Source: Deltaproteobacteria bacterium
GTDB lineage: Bacteria; Desulfobacterota; Binatia; UBA9968
Length of the DNA: 33,041 bases
Direction: 5' to 3'
Assembly (NCBI GenBank): GCA_023250495.1
Contig: JAHFAP010000011.1
Span: 1 to 33,041 of the forward strand
In this document: one piece after another, positions 9,663 to 18,797 of the stretch
How positions within the stretch are numbered: position 1 is the stretch's first letter
Layout of the letters: each line of letters opens with the position of its first letter
The notes under the pieces: generated by a model
What the model was told of the DNA's origin: nothing
The model's database searches: none
Seen by the model: the letters and a program-made list of their open reading frames with translations, nothing else
Position numbers and translations under genes: made by a program

Positions 9663-9937
9663 GAGAGAGGCAAGGCAAGATGGCGAAAAAGGATCAGGAG
9701 AAGAAGAGATTCGAAGAGGCGCTGGAGCAGCTGGAAAAGGTGGTGGAGCGATTGGAGTCGGGCGAGCTCTCTCTGGAGGAATCGCTGGCGGCGTTTGAAG
9801 AGGGGGTGAGGTTGGTGAAATTTTGCAATCAGAAATTGACCGAGGTCGAGAAGAAGATCGAGCTCCTGGTGAAAGACAAAGACGGCAAGCTCCAACTCAG
9901 ACCCCTGGAAGATGCCGGGGACGAAGAGCCGGAGTAG
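9659..9937 (+). CDS. xseB: Exodeoxyribonuclease VII small subunit
   Basis: FEEALEQLEKVVERLESGELSLEESLAAFEEGVRL; alternative start at 9680. Confidence 0.95.
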   Translation: MRERQGKMAKKDQEKKRFEEALEQLEKVVERLESGELSLEESLAAFEEGVRLVKFCNQKLTEVEKKIELLVKDKDGKLQLRPLEDAGDEEPE

Positions 9938-9948
9938 AGGAGCCTTGC

Positions 9949-10833
9949 GTGTCCGCGTTCGATATCCAAGCCTACTTGAAAGAGCACAAGGCTCTAATCG
10001 ACCGCAGCCTGGATCGCTATCTCAAGAAATCCAAACAGCAGCCACGGACCATCTATAAGGCGATCCATTATGGGCTCTTCTCCGGAGGGAAGCGGCTGCG
10101 CCCGATTCTGACTCTGGCTTCGGGGGAGCTGTTCGGTGGGCAACAAAAAGTGCTGATGCCTTTTGCCTGCGCGCTGGAAATGATCCATATATACTCGATC
10201 ATCCACGACGATCTCCCTGCCCTGGACAACGATGACCTCAGACGGGGGGAACCGGCAAGTCATAAAATCTTCGGCGAAGGCATCGCGCTGCTGGCTGGGG
10301 ACGCGCTGCTTACGGAGGCGTTTCACCTGATGACCAGGCCGCAGGTGGCGCGTGCGCTGGAGCCCAGCCTGATCTTGAAGCTGATCCACGAGATCTCCCA
10401 CGGCGCCGGCGTCGGCGGTTTGGTCGGGGGCCAGGCCGTGGACCTTGAGGCAGAGGGCCGGGAAGCGGACGTCGCCACGGTCGAGTACATCCACGTGCGC
10501 AAGACCGGCGCGCTGATCCTAACTTCAGCCCGGGTTGGCGCGATCATCGGGGGCGCGACCCCGAAGGAGATGCGCCGGATCAGTCGCTACGCGGAGTTCT
10601 TGGGACTGGCCTTCCAGATCGCGGATGACATTATGGACATCGCGGAACATGCGGGCGGCGGCGAGGTCAGAGAGAAAAAAAAGGCGACCTACCCTGCGGT
10701 CGTGGGGCTGGCCGCGGCCAAGTACCGCGTGCAGGAGCTGCTCCACCAGTGCTTGAAGGAGATCGATCTTTTTGGTAAAGATGCAGACCCGCTCAGAGGA
10801 ATCGCTCGCTACGTTGTGGAACGAGCCGTCTAG
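9949..10833 (+). CDS. ispA: Farnesyl/geranylgeranyl diphosphate synthase
   Basis: GGKRLRP, HDDLPALDNDDLRRG, KTGAL, FQIADDIMD, KATYP; GTG start behind GAGGAG; xseB-ispA-dxs synteny. Confidence 0.9.
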   Translation: MSAFDIQAYLKEHKALIDRSLDRYLKKSKQQPRTIYKAIHYGLFSGGKRLRPILTLASGELFGGQQKVLMPFACALEMIHIYSIIHDDLPALDNDDLRRGEPASHKIFGEGIALLAGDALLTEAFHLMTRPQVARALEPSLILKLIHEISHGAGVGGLVGGQAVDLEAEGREADVATVEYIHVRKTGALILTSARVGAIIGGATPKEMRRISRYAEFLGLAFQIADDIMDIAEHAGGGEVREKKKATYPAVVGLAAAKYRVQELLHQCLKEIDLFGKDADPLRGIARYVVERAV

Positions 10834-10856
10834 AAGAATAACGTTCAGCAAGAACA

Positions 10857-10959
10857 GGACTGAGCTATGAGGACTGAGGGCACTTTGAACGATTTAAACG
10901 TTTTGAACTATTCAAGTTGTTCAAACTGTTCAAGTCGTTAGCACTCATCACTCAGCACT
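10857..10959. repeat. Nested palindromic element: 9-mer-period hairpin inside a 7-mer-period hairpin
   Basis: Outer ggactga gctatga ggactga ... agcactc atcactc agcact; inner tttgaacga tttaaacgt tttgaacta / ttcaagttg ttcaaactg ttcaagtcg. Confidence 0.75.
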
Positions 10960-10969
10960 TTTTTTCAAG

Positions 10970-12889
10970 ATGATACGACTGCTTGACACCGTCCATGACC
11001 CGGCGGACATCCGCAAGCTGGCGATTGCGGACCTCACCACTCTCGCCCAGGAGGTGCGCGAGGAGATAATTTCAGTCGTCTCCGAGGTCGGAGGCCATCT
11101 TGCCTCCACTCTCGGCGCGGTGGAGCTGACGCTGGCGCTGCATTACGCCTTCGACACGCCGCGCGACCGCATCGTGTGGGACACCGGACATCAAGCTTAT
11201 GCCCACAAGCTGATCTGCGCTCGGCGGGAGAAGCTGGCGACCATTCGACAGCTCGGCGGGCTCAGCGGATTTTTGAGTCGCGACGAGAGCGAATACGATG
11301 TCTTTGGCGCCGGACACGCCGGGACTTCAGTCTCTGCCGCCCTGGGAATGGTGGCGGCGAAGTCGCTCCGGGGCTCCGGGCACAAGGTGGTGTCGGTGAT
11401 CAGCGACGGCTGCATGAGCGCCGGCCTGACCTTCGAAGGGCTGAACCAGGCCGGCCATCTCGGGAAGGATCTCATCGTGGTGCTCAACGATAACGCGATC
11501 TTCATCGATCCGCGCGTCGGCGCTTTCTCTTCTTTTCTCAGCAAGCGACTGACCACCGACCTGGCAGTCCGGTTGCAAAAGGAGCTTGTCCATCTCCTGC
11601 GCACCCTGCCCAAGGTCGGAGAAAATCTCTATCACGTCGCACGCAAGCTCAAGGAGTCGTTCCTGGGTCTGGTGACGCCGGGCTTCCTCTTCGAGGCCCT
11701 TGGCTTCCAATATGTCGGTCCGATTGACGGCTACGACCTGGCAGAGATGATTCAGACTCTTCAGAACGTCAAGAAGATGGACCACCCGACGCTGGTCCAC
11801 GTGATCAGCAAGAAGGGAAAGGGGTATAAGCCGGCGGAGGAAGAGCCGATCAAGTACCACAGCGTCGCGCCGTTTCACGTGCTCACCGGCAAACCGAAGA
11901 AAGAGAGGGGCCTGATTCCCACCTATACGGATGTCTTCGCCAATGCGTTGATCCGGCTGGCCAAAGAGAACCCGAAGGTCGTCGGCATCACCGCGGCGAT
12001 GGGCAGCGGGACCGGCATTGATAAGCTATCGCGCGAGCTGCCGGATCGTTCCTACGACGTCGGCATCGCCGAGCAGCACGCCGTGACCTTCGCCGCGGGG
12101 ATGGCGACGGAAGGCTGGATTCCGGTCGTGGCCGTTTACTCTACTTTTCTCCAGCGGGGATACGATCAGATCCTGCACGACGTGTGCATCCAGAATCTGC
12201 ACGTGGTCTTTGCCCTTGACCGGGGCGGTTTGGTCGGCGCCGATGGTCCCACTCACCACGGCGTCTTCGACTTTGCCTATCTCAGATCTATTCCCAACAT
12301 GGTGGTCATGGCCCCGAAAGACGAAAATGAGCTTCAGCAGATGCTCAAGACAGCCATCGAGCATGACGGACCGATCGCGTTCCGTTATCCTCGCGGCGAG
12401 GGTTGCGGGGTCAAGATGGAGAACGAAATCCGCGGCCTGGAGATCGGCAAAGGAGAGCTGCTGCGCCAAGGGAAGGACATCGCGATCCTGGCCATCGGCA
12501 ATATGGTCGCCCCGGCGCTCAAGGCTGCTCAGGACCTCGCCCAGTTGGGGATCGACGCCGCCGTCGTCAACGCGCGCTTCGTAAAGCCGCTCGACCGCGA
12601 GCTGCTGCTCGGTCTCTTGACGCAGGTGCCAAGGGCCATCACCGTCGAGGACCACATCGTGCAGAGCGGCTTCGGCAGCGCGGTCGTGGAGCTTTTGGCC
12701 GACGCGGGAATGACAGGGATAACTATCCGGCGCCTGGGCGTGCCGGACCGGTTCATTCCTCACGGAACGCAAGAAGAGCTCAGGAAGATCTGCGGCATCG
12801 ACAAGGACGCTATCGCGCAAACGGCTCTCCAGATGGTTCGGGGAGAGAAGAAGAGAAAAAAGGAGGGATGGGAAAGAGGGAGCGCTTAG
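10970..12889 (+). CDS. dxs: 1-deoxy-D-xylulose-5-phosphate synthase
   Basis: GGHLASTLGAVEL, WDTGHQAYAHK, GIAEQHAV, YSTFLQRGYDQ, GADGPTHHG, RYPRG. Confidence 0.96.
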   Translation: MIRLLDTVHDPADIRKLAIADLTTLAQEVREEIISVVSEVGGHLASTLGAVELTLALHYAFDTPRDRIVWDTGHQAYAHKLICARREKLATIRQLGGLSGFLSRDESEYDVFGAGHAGTSVSAALGMVAAKSLRGSGHKVVSVISDGCMSAGLTFEGLNQAGHLGKDLIVVLNDNAIFIDPRVGAFSSFLSKRLTTDLAVRLQKELVHLLRTLPKVGENLYHVARKLKESFLGLVTPGFLFEALGFQYVGPIDGYDLAEMIQTLQNVKKMDHPTLVHVISKKGKGYKPAEEEPIKYHSVAPFHVLTGKPKKERGLIPTYTDVFANALIRLAKENPKVVGITAAMGSGTGIDKLSRELPDRSYDVGIAEQHAVTFAAGMATEGWIPVVAVYSTFLQRGYDQILHDVCIQNLHVVFALDRGGLVGADGPTHHGVFDFAYLRSIPNMVVMAPKDENELQQMLKTAIEHDGPIAFRYPRGEGCGVKMENEIRGLEIGKGELLRQGKDIAILAIGNMVAPALKAAQDLAQLGIDAAVVNARFVKPLDRELLLGLLTQVPRAITVEDHIVQSGFGSAVVELLADAGMTGITIRRLGVPDRFIPHGTQEELRKICGIDKDAIAQTALQMVRGEKKRKKEGWERGSA

Positions 12890-13608
12890 ATAAGTTGCTG
12901 GTCGAGCGCGGGCTGGCAGCGAGCCGGGAAGAAGGGCGCAGGCGGATTTTGGCCGGAGAGGTGCTGGTCAACGATCAACCGTTCTCCAAGGCCGGGAGCC
13001 TGGTTGATGCGACTTCGCCGATCCGGCTGAAGGGCAAGGCAAGCCCCTATGTAAGCCGCGGCGGCGTCAAGCTGGAGAGGGCGCTAAGCGAATTTCGGGT
13101 CGATGTCGAAGGCAAGATCGTCCTCGATGTCGGCGCTTCAACCGGCGGCTTTACCGACTGTCTGCTCGCCTTCGGCGCCCGGCGGGTCTACGCGGTGGAC
13201 GTAGGCTACGGGCAGCTTGACTGGAAACTGAGAAACGATCCACGCGTCGTTGTACTGGAGAAGAGGAACATCCGCTATCTTAAAGCCGAGGAGCTCACTC
13301 AGCCTCCGCAGCTTGCGACCATTGATGCCTCTTTCATCTCGCTCCGTCTAGTCCTTCCCCAAGTCCGGGGCCTTCTCACTCCGGCGGGCGAGATCCTGGC
13401 CCTGATCAAGCCTCAGTTCGAGGTGGGCAAAGGAAAGGTAGGAAAGGGCGGAGTTGTGCGCCAGCACGAAGAGCACGTCAGGGTCATCGAAGAAATCAAA
13501 GAAGCGTCCACCGCGCTGCAACTTAAAGTAGTCGGCGTGATCGAGTCGCCGCTGCTGGGACCGGAAGGAAACAAGGAGTTTTTCATTTACTTGCGCAAGA
13601 CAGACTGA
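12868..13608 (+). CDS. tlyA: TlyA family RNA methyltransferase
   Basis: S4 domain KRERLDKLLV, YVSRGGVKL, DVGASTGGFTD, KPQFE, GPEGNKEF; ATG 12868 behind AGGAGG. Confidence 0.94.
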   Translation: MGKRERLDKLLVERGLAASREEGRRRILAGEVLVNDQPFSKAGSLVDATSPIRLKGKASPYVSRGGVKLERALSEFRVDVEGKIVLDVGASTGGFTDCLLAFGARRVYAVDVGYGQLDWKLRNDPRVVVLEKRNIRYLKAEELTQPPQLATIDASFISLRLVLPQVRGLLTPAGEILALIKPQFEVGKGKVGKGGVVRQHEEHVRVIEEIKEASTALQLKVVGVIESPLLGPEGNKEFFIYLRKTD

Positions 13609-13617
13609 CAACGGATG

Positions 13618-13679
13618 GAGGTTCTTCGCTACGCTCAGAATGACATGGGGCTGTCATCCTGAACGAAGTGAAGGATCTC
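13618..13679. repeat. REP-like palindrome (GTCATCCTGAnCGAAGnGAAGGATCTC type)
   Basis: 28-bp inverted arms 13618-13645 and 13652-13679, 22/28 complementary. Confidence 0.75.
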
Positions 13680-13711
13680 TGGCAAAATGACTGAACTAAC
13701 AACGTCGTTCC

Positions 13712-14890
13712 ATGACCTTCGCTCGAAAGATCGTCTGCCCGCGCTGCCAAAGAAACTTTCCCCTCGGAAAGGCGATCAATCTTTGTCCGTGTGGCTCGCC
13801 TTTGTGGGTCCACTATGATTTGAAGAAGATAAGGCGATCGGTTAAGAAGGCGGCCCTCAAAGCGAGGTCGTCCACCTTGTGGCGCTACCGGGAGTTTCTG
13901 CCTCTGCGTCGGGACAAGAACCGCGTCTCTCTGGGCGAAGGCTGCACCCCGCTCATGGAGGCGCCGCGGCTGGCTCAGGAGCTCAACGTCAAGCGGGTCT
14001 GGATCAAGGACGAAGCGCAGAACCCGACCGGATCGTTTAAGGATCGAGGTCTCTCAGTCGCGATCTCGCTCGCCAAGGAGTTGGGAATCAAAAAGGTCGC
14101 CATCCCTTCCGCAGGCAATGCCGGAGCTTCTCTGGCTGCCTATGCGGCGCGCGCGGGCATGGAGGCCTATGTCTTCATGCCCAAGGACGCGTCCCGCGCC
14201 AGCGTCTCTGAGGTTGAAAAATGTGGCGCCAGGCTCACGTTGGTGGATGGGCTGATCAACGACTGCGGCAGGCTGATCGCGGAGCGCAAGGATGCCGAGG
14301 GCTGGTTCGACGTCTCGACCTTGAAGGAGCCCTACCGACTGGAAGGCAAGAAGACTATGGGGCTGGAGGTCGCCGAGCAGCTCGACTGGAAGCTTCCTGA
14401 CGTTATCATCTTTCCTACGGGCGGAGGCACCGGGCTGATCGGGATGTGGAAAGGTTTCGCGGAGCTTGAAGAGATCGGTTGGATCGGTTCCAAGCGACCC
14501 CGTATGGTCTCGGTTCAGGCCGAGCAGTGCGCTCCGATCGTGCGCGCGTTTCTTGCGGGAAAAGACAAGGCGGAGCCTTGGCCCAACGCGCGAACGATTG
14601 CATCGGGCCTAAGAGTGCCTCAGGCCGTGGCTGACTTTCTCATGCTCAGAGTCATCCGCGAGAGCAGAGGGACCGCGCTCAGCGTGAGCGACGAGGAAAT
14701 GGTATCGGAGATTCATCGCGTGGGCCGTCTGGAGGGGCTTTTCTTCTGCCCTGAAGGCGGCGCGGGCGTGGCTGCCCTGCGTCGCCTCACCCAGCAGGGA
14801 TGGATCAAGCCATCTGAGAGTGTGCTTATCTTCAACACCGCTTCCGGTTTAAAGTATATTGACGTTCTTTCACAAGGGGCACAGCAGTAA
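13712..14890 (+). CDS. thrC: Threonine synthase (PLP, fold type II)
   Basis: N-terminal CxxC..CxC, SLGEGCTPL, NPTGSFKDRG, SAGNAG, EGKKTMG, PTGGGTGL, NTASGLKY. Confidence 0.85.
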   Translation: MTFARKIVCPRCQRNFPLGKAINLCPCGSPLWVHYDLKKIRRSVKKAALKARSSTLWRYREFLPLRRDKNRVSLGEGCTPLMEAPRLAQELNVKRVWIKDEAQNPTGSFKDRGLSVAISLAKELGIKKVAIPSAGNAGASLAAYAARAGMEAYVFMPKDASRASVSEVEKCGARLTLVDGLINDCGRLIAERKDAEGWFDVSTLKEPYRLEGKKTMGLEVAEQLDWKLPDVIIFPTGGGTGLIGMWKGFAELEEIGWIGSKRPRMVSVQAEQCAPIVRAFLAGKDKAEPWPNARTIASGLRVPQAVADFLMLRVIRESRGTALSVSDEEMVSEIHRVGRLEGLFFCPEGGAGVAALRRLTQQGWIKPSESVLIFNTASGLKYIDVLSQGAQQ

Positions 14891-15624
14891 TGGGCGGTTT
14901 TATCAGAGTAGCTCACCGTGGCAGCTCCGGCTCTTACCCGGAGAACAGCCGCATCGCCCTTGAGAAGGCGATCGAGGCTGGAGTGGATATGATCGAAGTG
15001 GATTGCCAGCTCTCGAAAGACGGCCATGTGGTTGTTATTCACGACGAGCGTCTTCAGCGAACAGCGAGGGCGAAGGGTTACGTCCGGGGGCAAACCCTCA
15101 AGCAGCTCAAGAAGCTCGATGTCGGGGCATGGTTTAAAAAGGCATTCAAAGGGGAGCGGATTCTTACTATGGAAGAAGTCGTAGAGATCGTGGACGGCAA
15201 GGCAGATCTCAATGTGGATATCAAAGCCGTCAAGCAGGGGTCTCCAGGGATTGAGCTCAAGATCCTTTTCATCTTAAGCCACTACGGATATTTTGACCGC
15301 AGCATCTTGTCCTCTTTTGATTACCGGGCGCTCCGCCGGGTGCGCGAGCTGGCCCCCGAGGCCCAGATCGGAATTCTCCACGGAGCGGAGACAAAGGAGA
15401 ACCCGTTTCAAGTGGCGCGGGAGATCGGCGCCTATTCTCTCCACATCCAGAAGGAGCTGGCGACCTCTCCTCTGCTGGAGCGGGCGGCGCAGCTTGGCCT
15501 CAAGACGTTTGTCTGGACGGTCAACGAAGTCCCGGAGATGGAGAAGTTTCTGGCGCTTGGCGTCGACGGAATCATCTCCGATTTTCCGGAGAAGTTTTGG
15601 AAGATCAGGCAGAGAAAGAGATGA
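14890..15624 (+). CDS. Glycerophosphodiester phosphodiesterase family protein
   Basis: AHRGSSGSYPEN, IEVDCQLSKDG..VVIHD, WTVNE, GVDGIISDFP. Confidence 0.92.
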   Translation: MGGFIRVAHRGSSGSYPENSRIALEKAIEAGVDMIEVDCQLSKDGHVVVIHDERLQRTARAKGYVRGQTLKQLKKLDVGAWFKKAFKGERILTMEEVVEIVDGKADLNVDIKAVKQGSPGIELKILFILSHYGYFDRSILSSFDYRALRRVRELAPEAQIGILHGAETKENPFQVAREIGAYSLHIQKELATSPLLERAAQLGLKTFVWTVNEVPEMEKFLALGVDGIISDFPEKFWKIRQRKR

Positions 15625-15644
15625 AGAGGCTGTTCCCGTGTTCA

Positions 15645-15776
15645 ACAGACCGTTGAAAAACACTTCCGTCACCCTTCGACACGCTCAGGGTGACCGGCTA
15701 AGCGTGTGATTCTACGCTCCGCAACCGTTCGTGCTGAGCTTGTCGAAGCACGGTTGAGTTCTTTTCAACGGTCTGT
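15645..15776. mobile_element. MITE-like element (132 bp) with 15-bp terminal inverted repeats enclosing a REP-like hairpin
   Basis: Perfect TIR ACAGACCGTTGAAAA / TTTTCAACGGTCTGT; internal arms CTTCGACACGCTCAG (15674) / CTGAGCTTGTCGAAG (15734), 14/15 complementary; no ORF. Confidence 0.7.
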
Positions 15777-18430
15777 CACGGCCCTACGATCGCCAGCGCG
15801 TAGCCGTCCGGCGGAAGGTAGCGATAGGCGAATTTGAGGATGTCGGTGGCGCTGACTTTTTGGATCTCATCCTGATACCGCTGCGAATAGTTGCTGCCGA
15901 AGCCGAACAGCTCGTTGGTGGTCAGATCAGCGGCCTTGGCAGCGGGAGTTTGCCTGTTGATCAGATACTGTCCGATCAGATAATTTTTGGCCCGCTCTAA
16001 TTCATCGGGCAGAATTTCTTCCTCGCGCAGCCTGCGCAGTTCGGACAACATTCCCTCTTTCATTTTTTCCACGCTGGCCGGATCGGTGGCGGCGTAGATG
16101 CCGAACGCCCCCTGAAGCGGATCATCCAGGGAAAAGGCGCCTACGGAGTAGGCCAGACCCCGTTTATCTCTCAGCTCGACAAAAAGCCTTCCGCCGATCC
16201 GTGAGAGAACCGTCTCAAGCACCTTCATGGTGAAATAGTCCGACGCTCCTTTGGCCGGCGCCGGGAAGCCGAGAACCAGGTGGGTCTGTTGGGTTTTGGC
16301 CGTTTTCTTCGCCATGCGCAGCTCGCGCCGTCCATTCTCAGGCTGCGGCAGAGAGAGCGCGGTGTTGGTTCTCTGCAGGGGAGAGAGCTTGGCGCGCAGA
16401 TATCTTAGAATATTTTCCCCATCGACATCTCCCACGACGCTAACGACCATCCGCTCCGGAGAGAAGAGCTTCCGGTACTGGGCCAGGAGATCCTCACGGC
16501 GAAAACGGATCACCTGCTCCCTCTGGCCGGAAGGATCGAGGCGGTAAGGATGATTGCGGAGAAGGGTCTGGTAAAAGAAGCGCAGGGCCTGGTCGCGAGC
16601 GCGGTCTTCCCGGTTCTTGATGCGGAGAAGAATCTCTTGCCGCTTCTTCTCCAGCTCTTGCTCCGGAAAAGTCGGGTGGAGCAAGACGTCGAGGAATATC
16701 TCCAGCCCGCTTTCTGCCTGCTGACTGGCAAAGCTCCCGCTCAGGCTGAGCGTGCTGTTGCCCGACGAGCCGCTCAGGCTCCCTCCCAGTTGCTCGACGG
16801 CGCGAATCAATTGCGATGAGGACCACTGCTTAGTTCCCTGGGTCAGCATTGCGGCGACAAAATTGTCGATGCCGTTGTCCCTCTCGTCCTCTAGGGCAAG
16901 CCCGCCAATCACTCCTGCATGCACGGTGACTACTGGAAGGCGGTGGTCTTCCTGGATGAGGATCTTGAGGCCATTGTCCAGCGTCGCCGTAAGGATCACG
17001 TCGTCCCGTTTGGCGGCGCGTGGCGGACTCTGCAGGGAGCGGCTCAGGCCGGCGATCTTCTCGGCGTCCGTGAGGTTGGCTGTCCCCTCTGGAACCAACA
17101 GTGCTACCGAGAGGCCTTCGGTCTTGAAAAAACTTTGCGCCACGGCCCGCAAATCCTCCGCCTCGAGCCGGCGAATCTCCTTAAGATAGGCCTCCGCATA
17201 GTTTGGATCGCCGTAAACCGACTCAAAGCTCCCTAGCTGGCGGGCCTGGCCCTCCAGGGTTTCCCTGGTGCGAACGAAGGTGCGCTCAAAGTTGATGTGG
17301 GCCCGGTCCAGCTCCCACGGGGTGACCAGCTCTTCGCGCAGACGATAGACCTCCTGGAGAATCGCCGTCACGGCGTCCGTCAGTTTGTCCGTTTCAAGCT
17401 GGGCCTCGATGATGAACAGACCGGGCTCTTTGGTCGAAAAGCTCGATGCCGAGACCGAATTCACGAGCCCTCTCGCGATCTTTACTTTCTCCACCAAGCG
17501 CGAGCTTTCCCCTCGGCCCAGGACGAAAGCCAGCAGATCCAGAGCCGGAGCTGCTCTGTCCTTCGCCGCAGGTATGGGAAAGCCGAGCATCAAATGGGCC
17601 TGGGTGAAGGGGCCTTTAACAACGCTGAGGCGCGGCTGACTTTGCGCCGGCTCTCGAGGGAGGCGGCGGCCCGGACGCTCGCGCCCGGGCAAAGCCGCAA
17701 ACAGCTTGCTGATCTCGTCTTTGAGCCGATCAGTCTCGAAGTTTCCCACCGCGACTAAGATCATGTTCTTTGCCGCGTACCAGCGGCGGTAAAAGCCGCT
17801 GACGACTTCCCAAGTGACGCCGTTGAGGCTCTCCGGAGTCCCGATCACTGGGCGGCCGTAGGGATGGACACGGTAGGCGGCGCTGAACAGGGCGCTGCTC
17901 ACTTGCGCGCGGGGGTTGTCCTGGCCCTGTTTCCACTCGGCCAGCACCACCTGGACCTCTCTTTTCAACTGGGTCTCATCCAGGAGGGGCAGTTGCATCA
18001 TCTGAGCCAGAGCCTTGAGGCCGCTCGCGGCGTGCGCGGCCGGCAAAACCATGTGGTAGACAGTATGGTCACGAGAGGTGAAGCCGTTAATCGTTCCTCC
18101 AAGCTTCTCGACCTCAGCGGCGAGCTTTCCGGTTCCGCTCTCGGCCGAGCCGCGGAACAGGACATGTTCCAGAAAATGGGCCACGCCCGCTTCTTCCGCG
18201 CTTTCATCCGCGCCGCCGGTTTCAACCCATAGCTGTAGGGCGACAAGGGGCGCGGAAGAGTCCTGTTTGGCGATGACCCTCAGGCCATTGGGGAGAGCGA
18301 AGGACTCCGCCCGGTCAGAGGAGGCGAGACCCGCTTGGCAAAAAAAGAGCAGGGGCAACAGGAGAAAAAACGCCAGCGTGCTGGAGAGGAAGAATCTTTT
18401 TGCGGCCGACGTGTCCACCGACTGAAACAA
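15776..18430 (-). CDS. M16 (pitrilysin/insulinase) family zinc peptidase with two M16 modules
   Basis: Signal peptide; LPNGL, inverted zinc motif HFLEH, INGFTSRDHT, HPYGRPVIGT; second LDNGL module lacks HxxEH; SRL/GRLFVELRDKRGLAY. Start uncertain. Confidence 0.9.
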   Translation of the reverse strand: MFQSVDTSAAKRFFLSSTLAFFLLLPLLFFCQAGLASSDRAESFALPNGLRVIAKQDSSAPLVALQLWVETGGADESAEEAGVAHFLEHVLFRGSAESGTGKLAAEVEKLGGTINGFTSRDHTVYHMVLPAAHAASGLKALAQMMQLPLLDETQLKREVQVVLAEWKQGQDNPRAQVSSALFSAAYRVHPYGRPVIGTPESLNGVTWEVVSGFYRRWYAAKNMILVAVGNFETDRLKDEISKLFAALPGRERPGRRLPREPAQSQPRLSVVKGPFTQAHLMLGFPIPAAKDRAAPALDLLAFVLGRGESSRLVEKVKIARGLVNSVSASSFSTKEPGLFIIEAQLETDKLTDAVTAILQEVYRLREELVTPWELDRAHINFERTFVRTRETLEGQARQLGSFESVYGDPNYAEAYLKEIRRLEAEDLRAVAQSFFKTEGLSVALLVPEGTANLTDAEKIAGLSRSLQSPPRAAKRDDVILTATLDNGLKILIQEDHRLPVVTVHAGVIGGLALEDERDNGIDNFVAAMLTQGTKQWSSSQLIRAVEQLGGSLSGSSGNSTLSLSGSFASQQAESGLEIFLDVLLHPTFPEQELEKKRQEILLRIKNREDRARDQALRFFYQTLLRNHPYRLDPSGQREQVIRFRREDLLAQYRKLFSPERMVVSVVGDVDGENILRYLRAKLSPLQRTNTALSLPQPENGRRELRMAKKTAKTQQTHLVLGFPAPAKGASDYFTMKVLETVLSRIGGRLFVELRDKRGLAYSVGAFSLDDPLQGAFGIYAATDPASVEKMKEGMLSELRRLREEEILPDELERAKNYLIGQYLINRQTPAAKAADLTTNELFGFGSNYSQRYQDEIQKVSATDILKFAYRYLPPDGYALAIVGP

Positions 18431-18438
18431 TTGACCCT

Positions 18439-18467
18439 ATCGTACACACGGGGGCAACTGCCGTCAA
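18439..18467 (-). promoter_or_regulatory. Sigma70-like promoter of the M16 peptidase gene
   Basis: TTGACG-17 bp-TACGAT with TG extension on the minus strand. Confidence 0.55.
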
Positions 18468-18485
18468 GTTTGGCCGTTGTTCAAC

Positions 18486-18513
18486 TTGACTTGGGACACG
18501 AATCGGCTAAAAT
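18486..18513 (+). promoter_or_regulatory. Sigma70-like promoter of the rpsU-dnaG-rpoD operon
   Basis: TTGACT-16 bp-TAAAAT, back to back with the M16 promoter. Confidence 0.6.
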
Positions 18514-18570
18514 TAAGTCTTTAAGGGAAAAAGGGAAAGCGTTACGGTGGAGTGGGGGTGATGCAAAGAT

Positions 18571-18768
18571 ATGACCGGAATCAGAGTCAGAGACAACGAG
18601 TCCATCGAGAGCGCTATTCGACGGTTCAAAAAGCTTTGTGAAAAGGCCGGCATACTGGCGGAGTTGCGCAAGCGCGAGCACTACGAAAAGCCCAGCGTCA
18701 AGCGCAAAAAGAAGGCGATAGCGGCGAAAAAGAGGGCCTTGCGGCGGGCCCGGAGCCACTACTTTTAG
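18571..18768 (+). CDS. rpsU: 30S ribosomal protein S21
   Basis: [12 protein letters not shown]...[16 protein letters not shown]. Confidence 0.97.
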   Translation: MTGIRVRDNESIESAIRRFKKLCEKAGILAELRKREHYEKPSVKRKKKAIAAKKRALRRARSHYF

Positions 18769-18797
18769 GCCCGTTGCCTTGGCGCTGCGTTCACAAA

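Noticed and set aside
12403-12867. Long N-terminal extension of TlyA in the ORF track (similarly 8565, 9823, 26122, 30299)
   Set aside because: These extensions overlap upstream genes or repeats. Downstream starts fit better on RBS, gene coupling or family N-termini.
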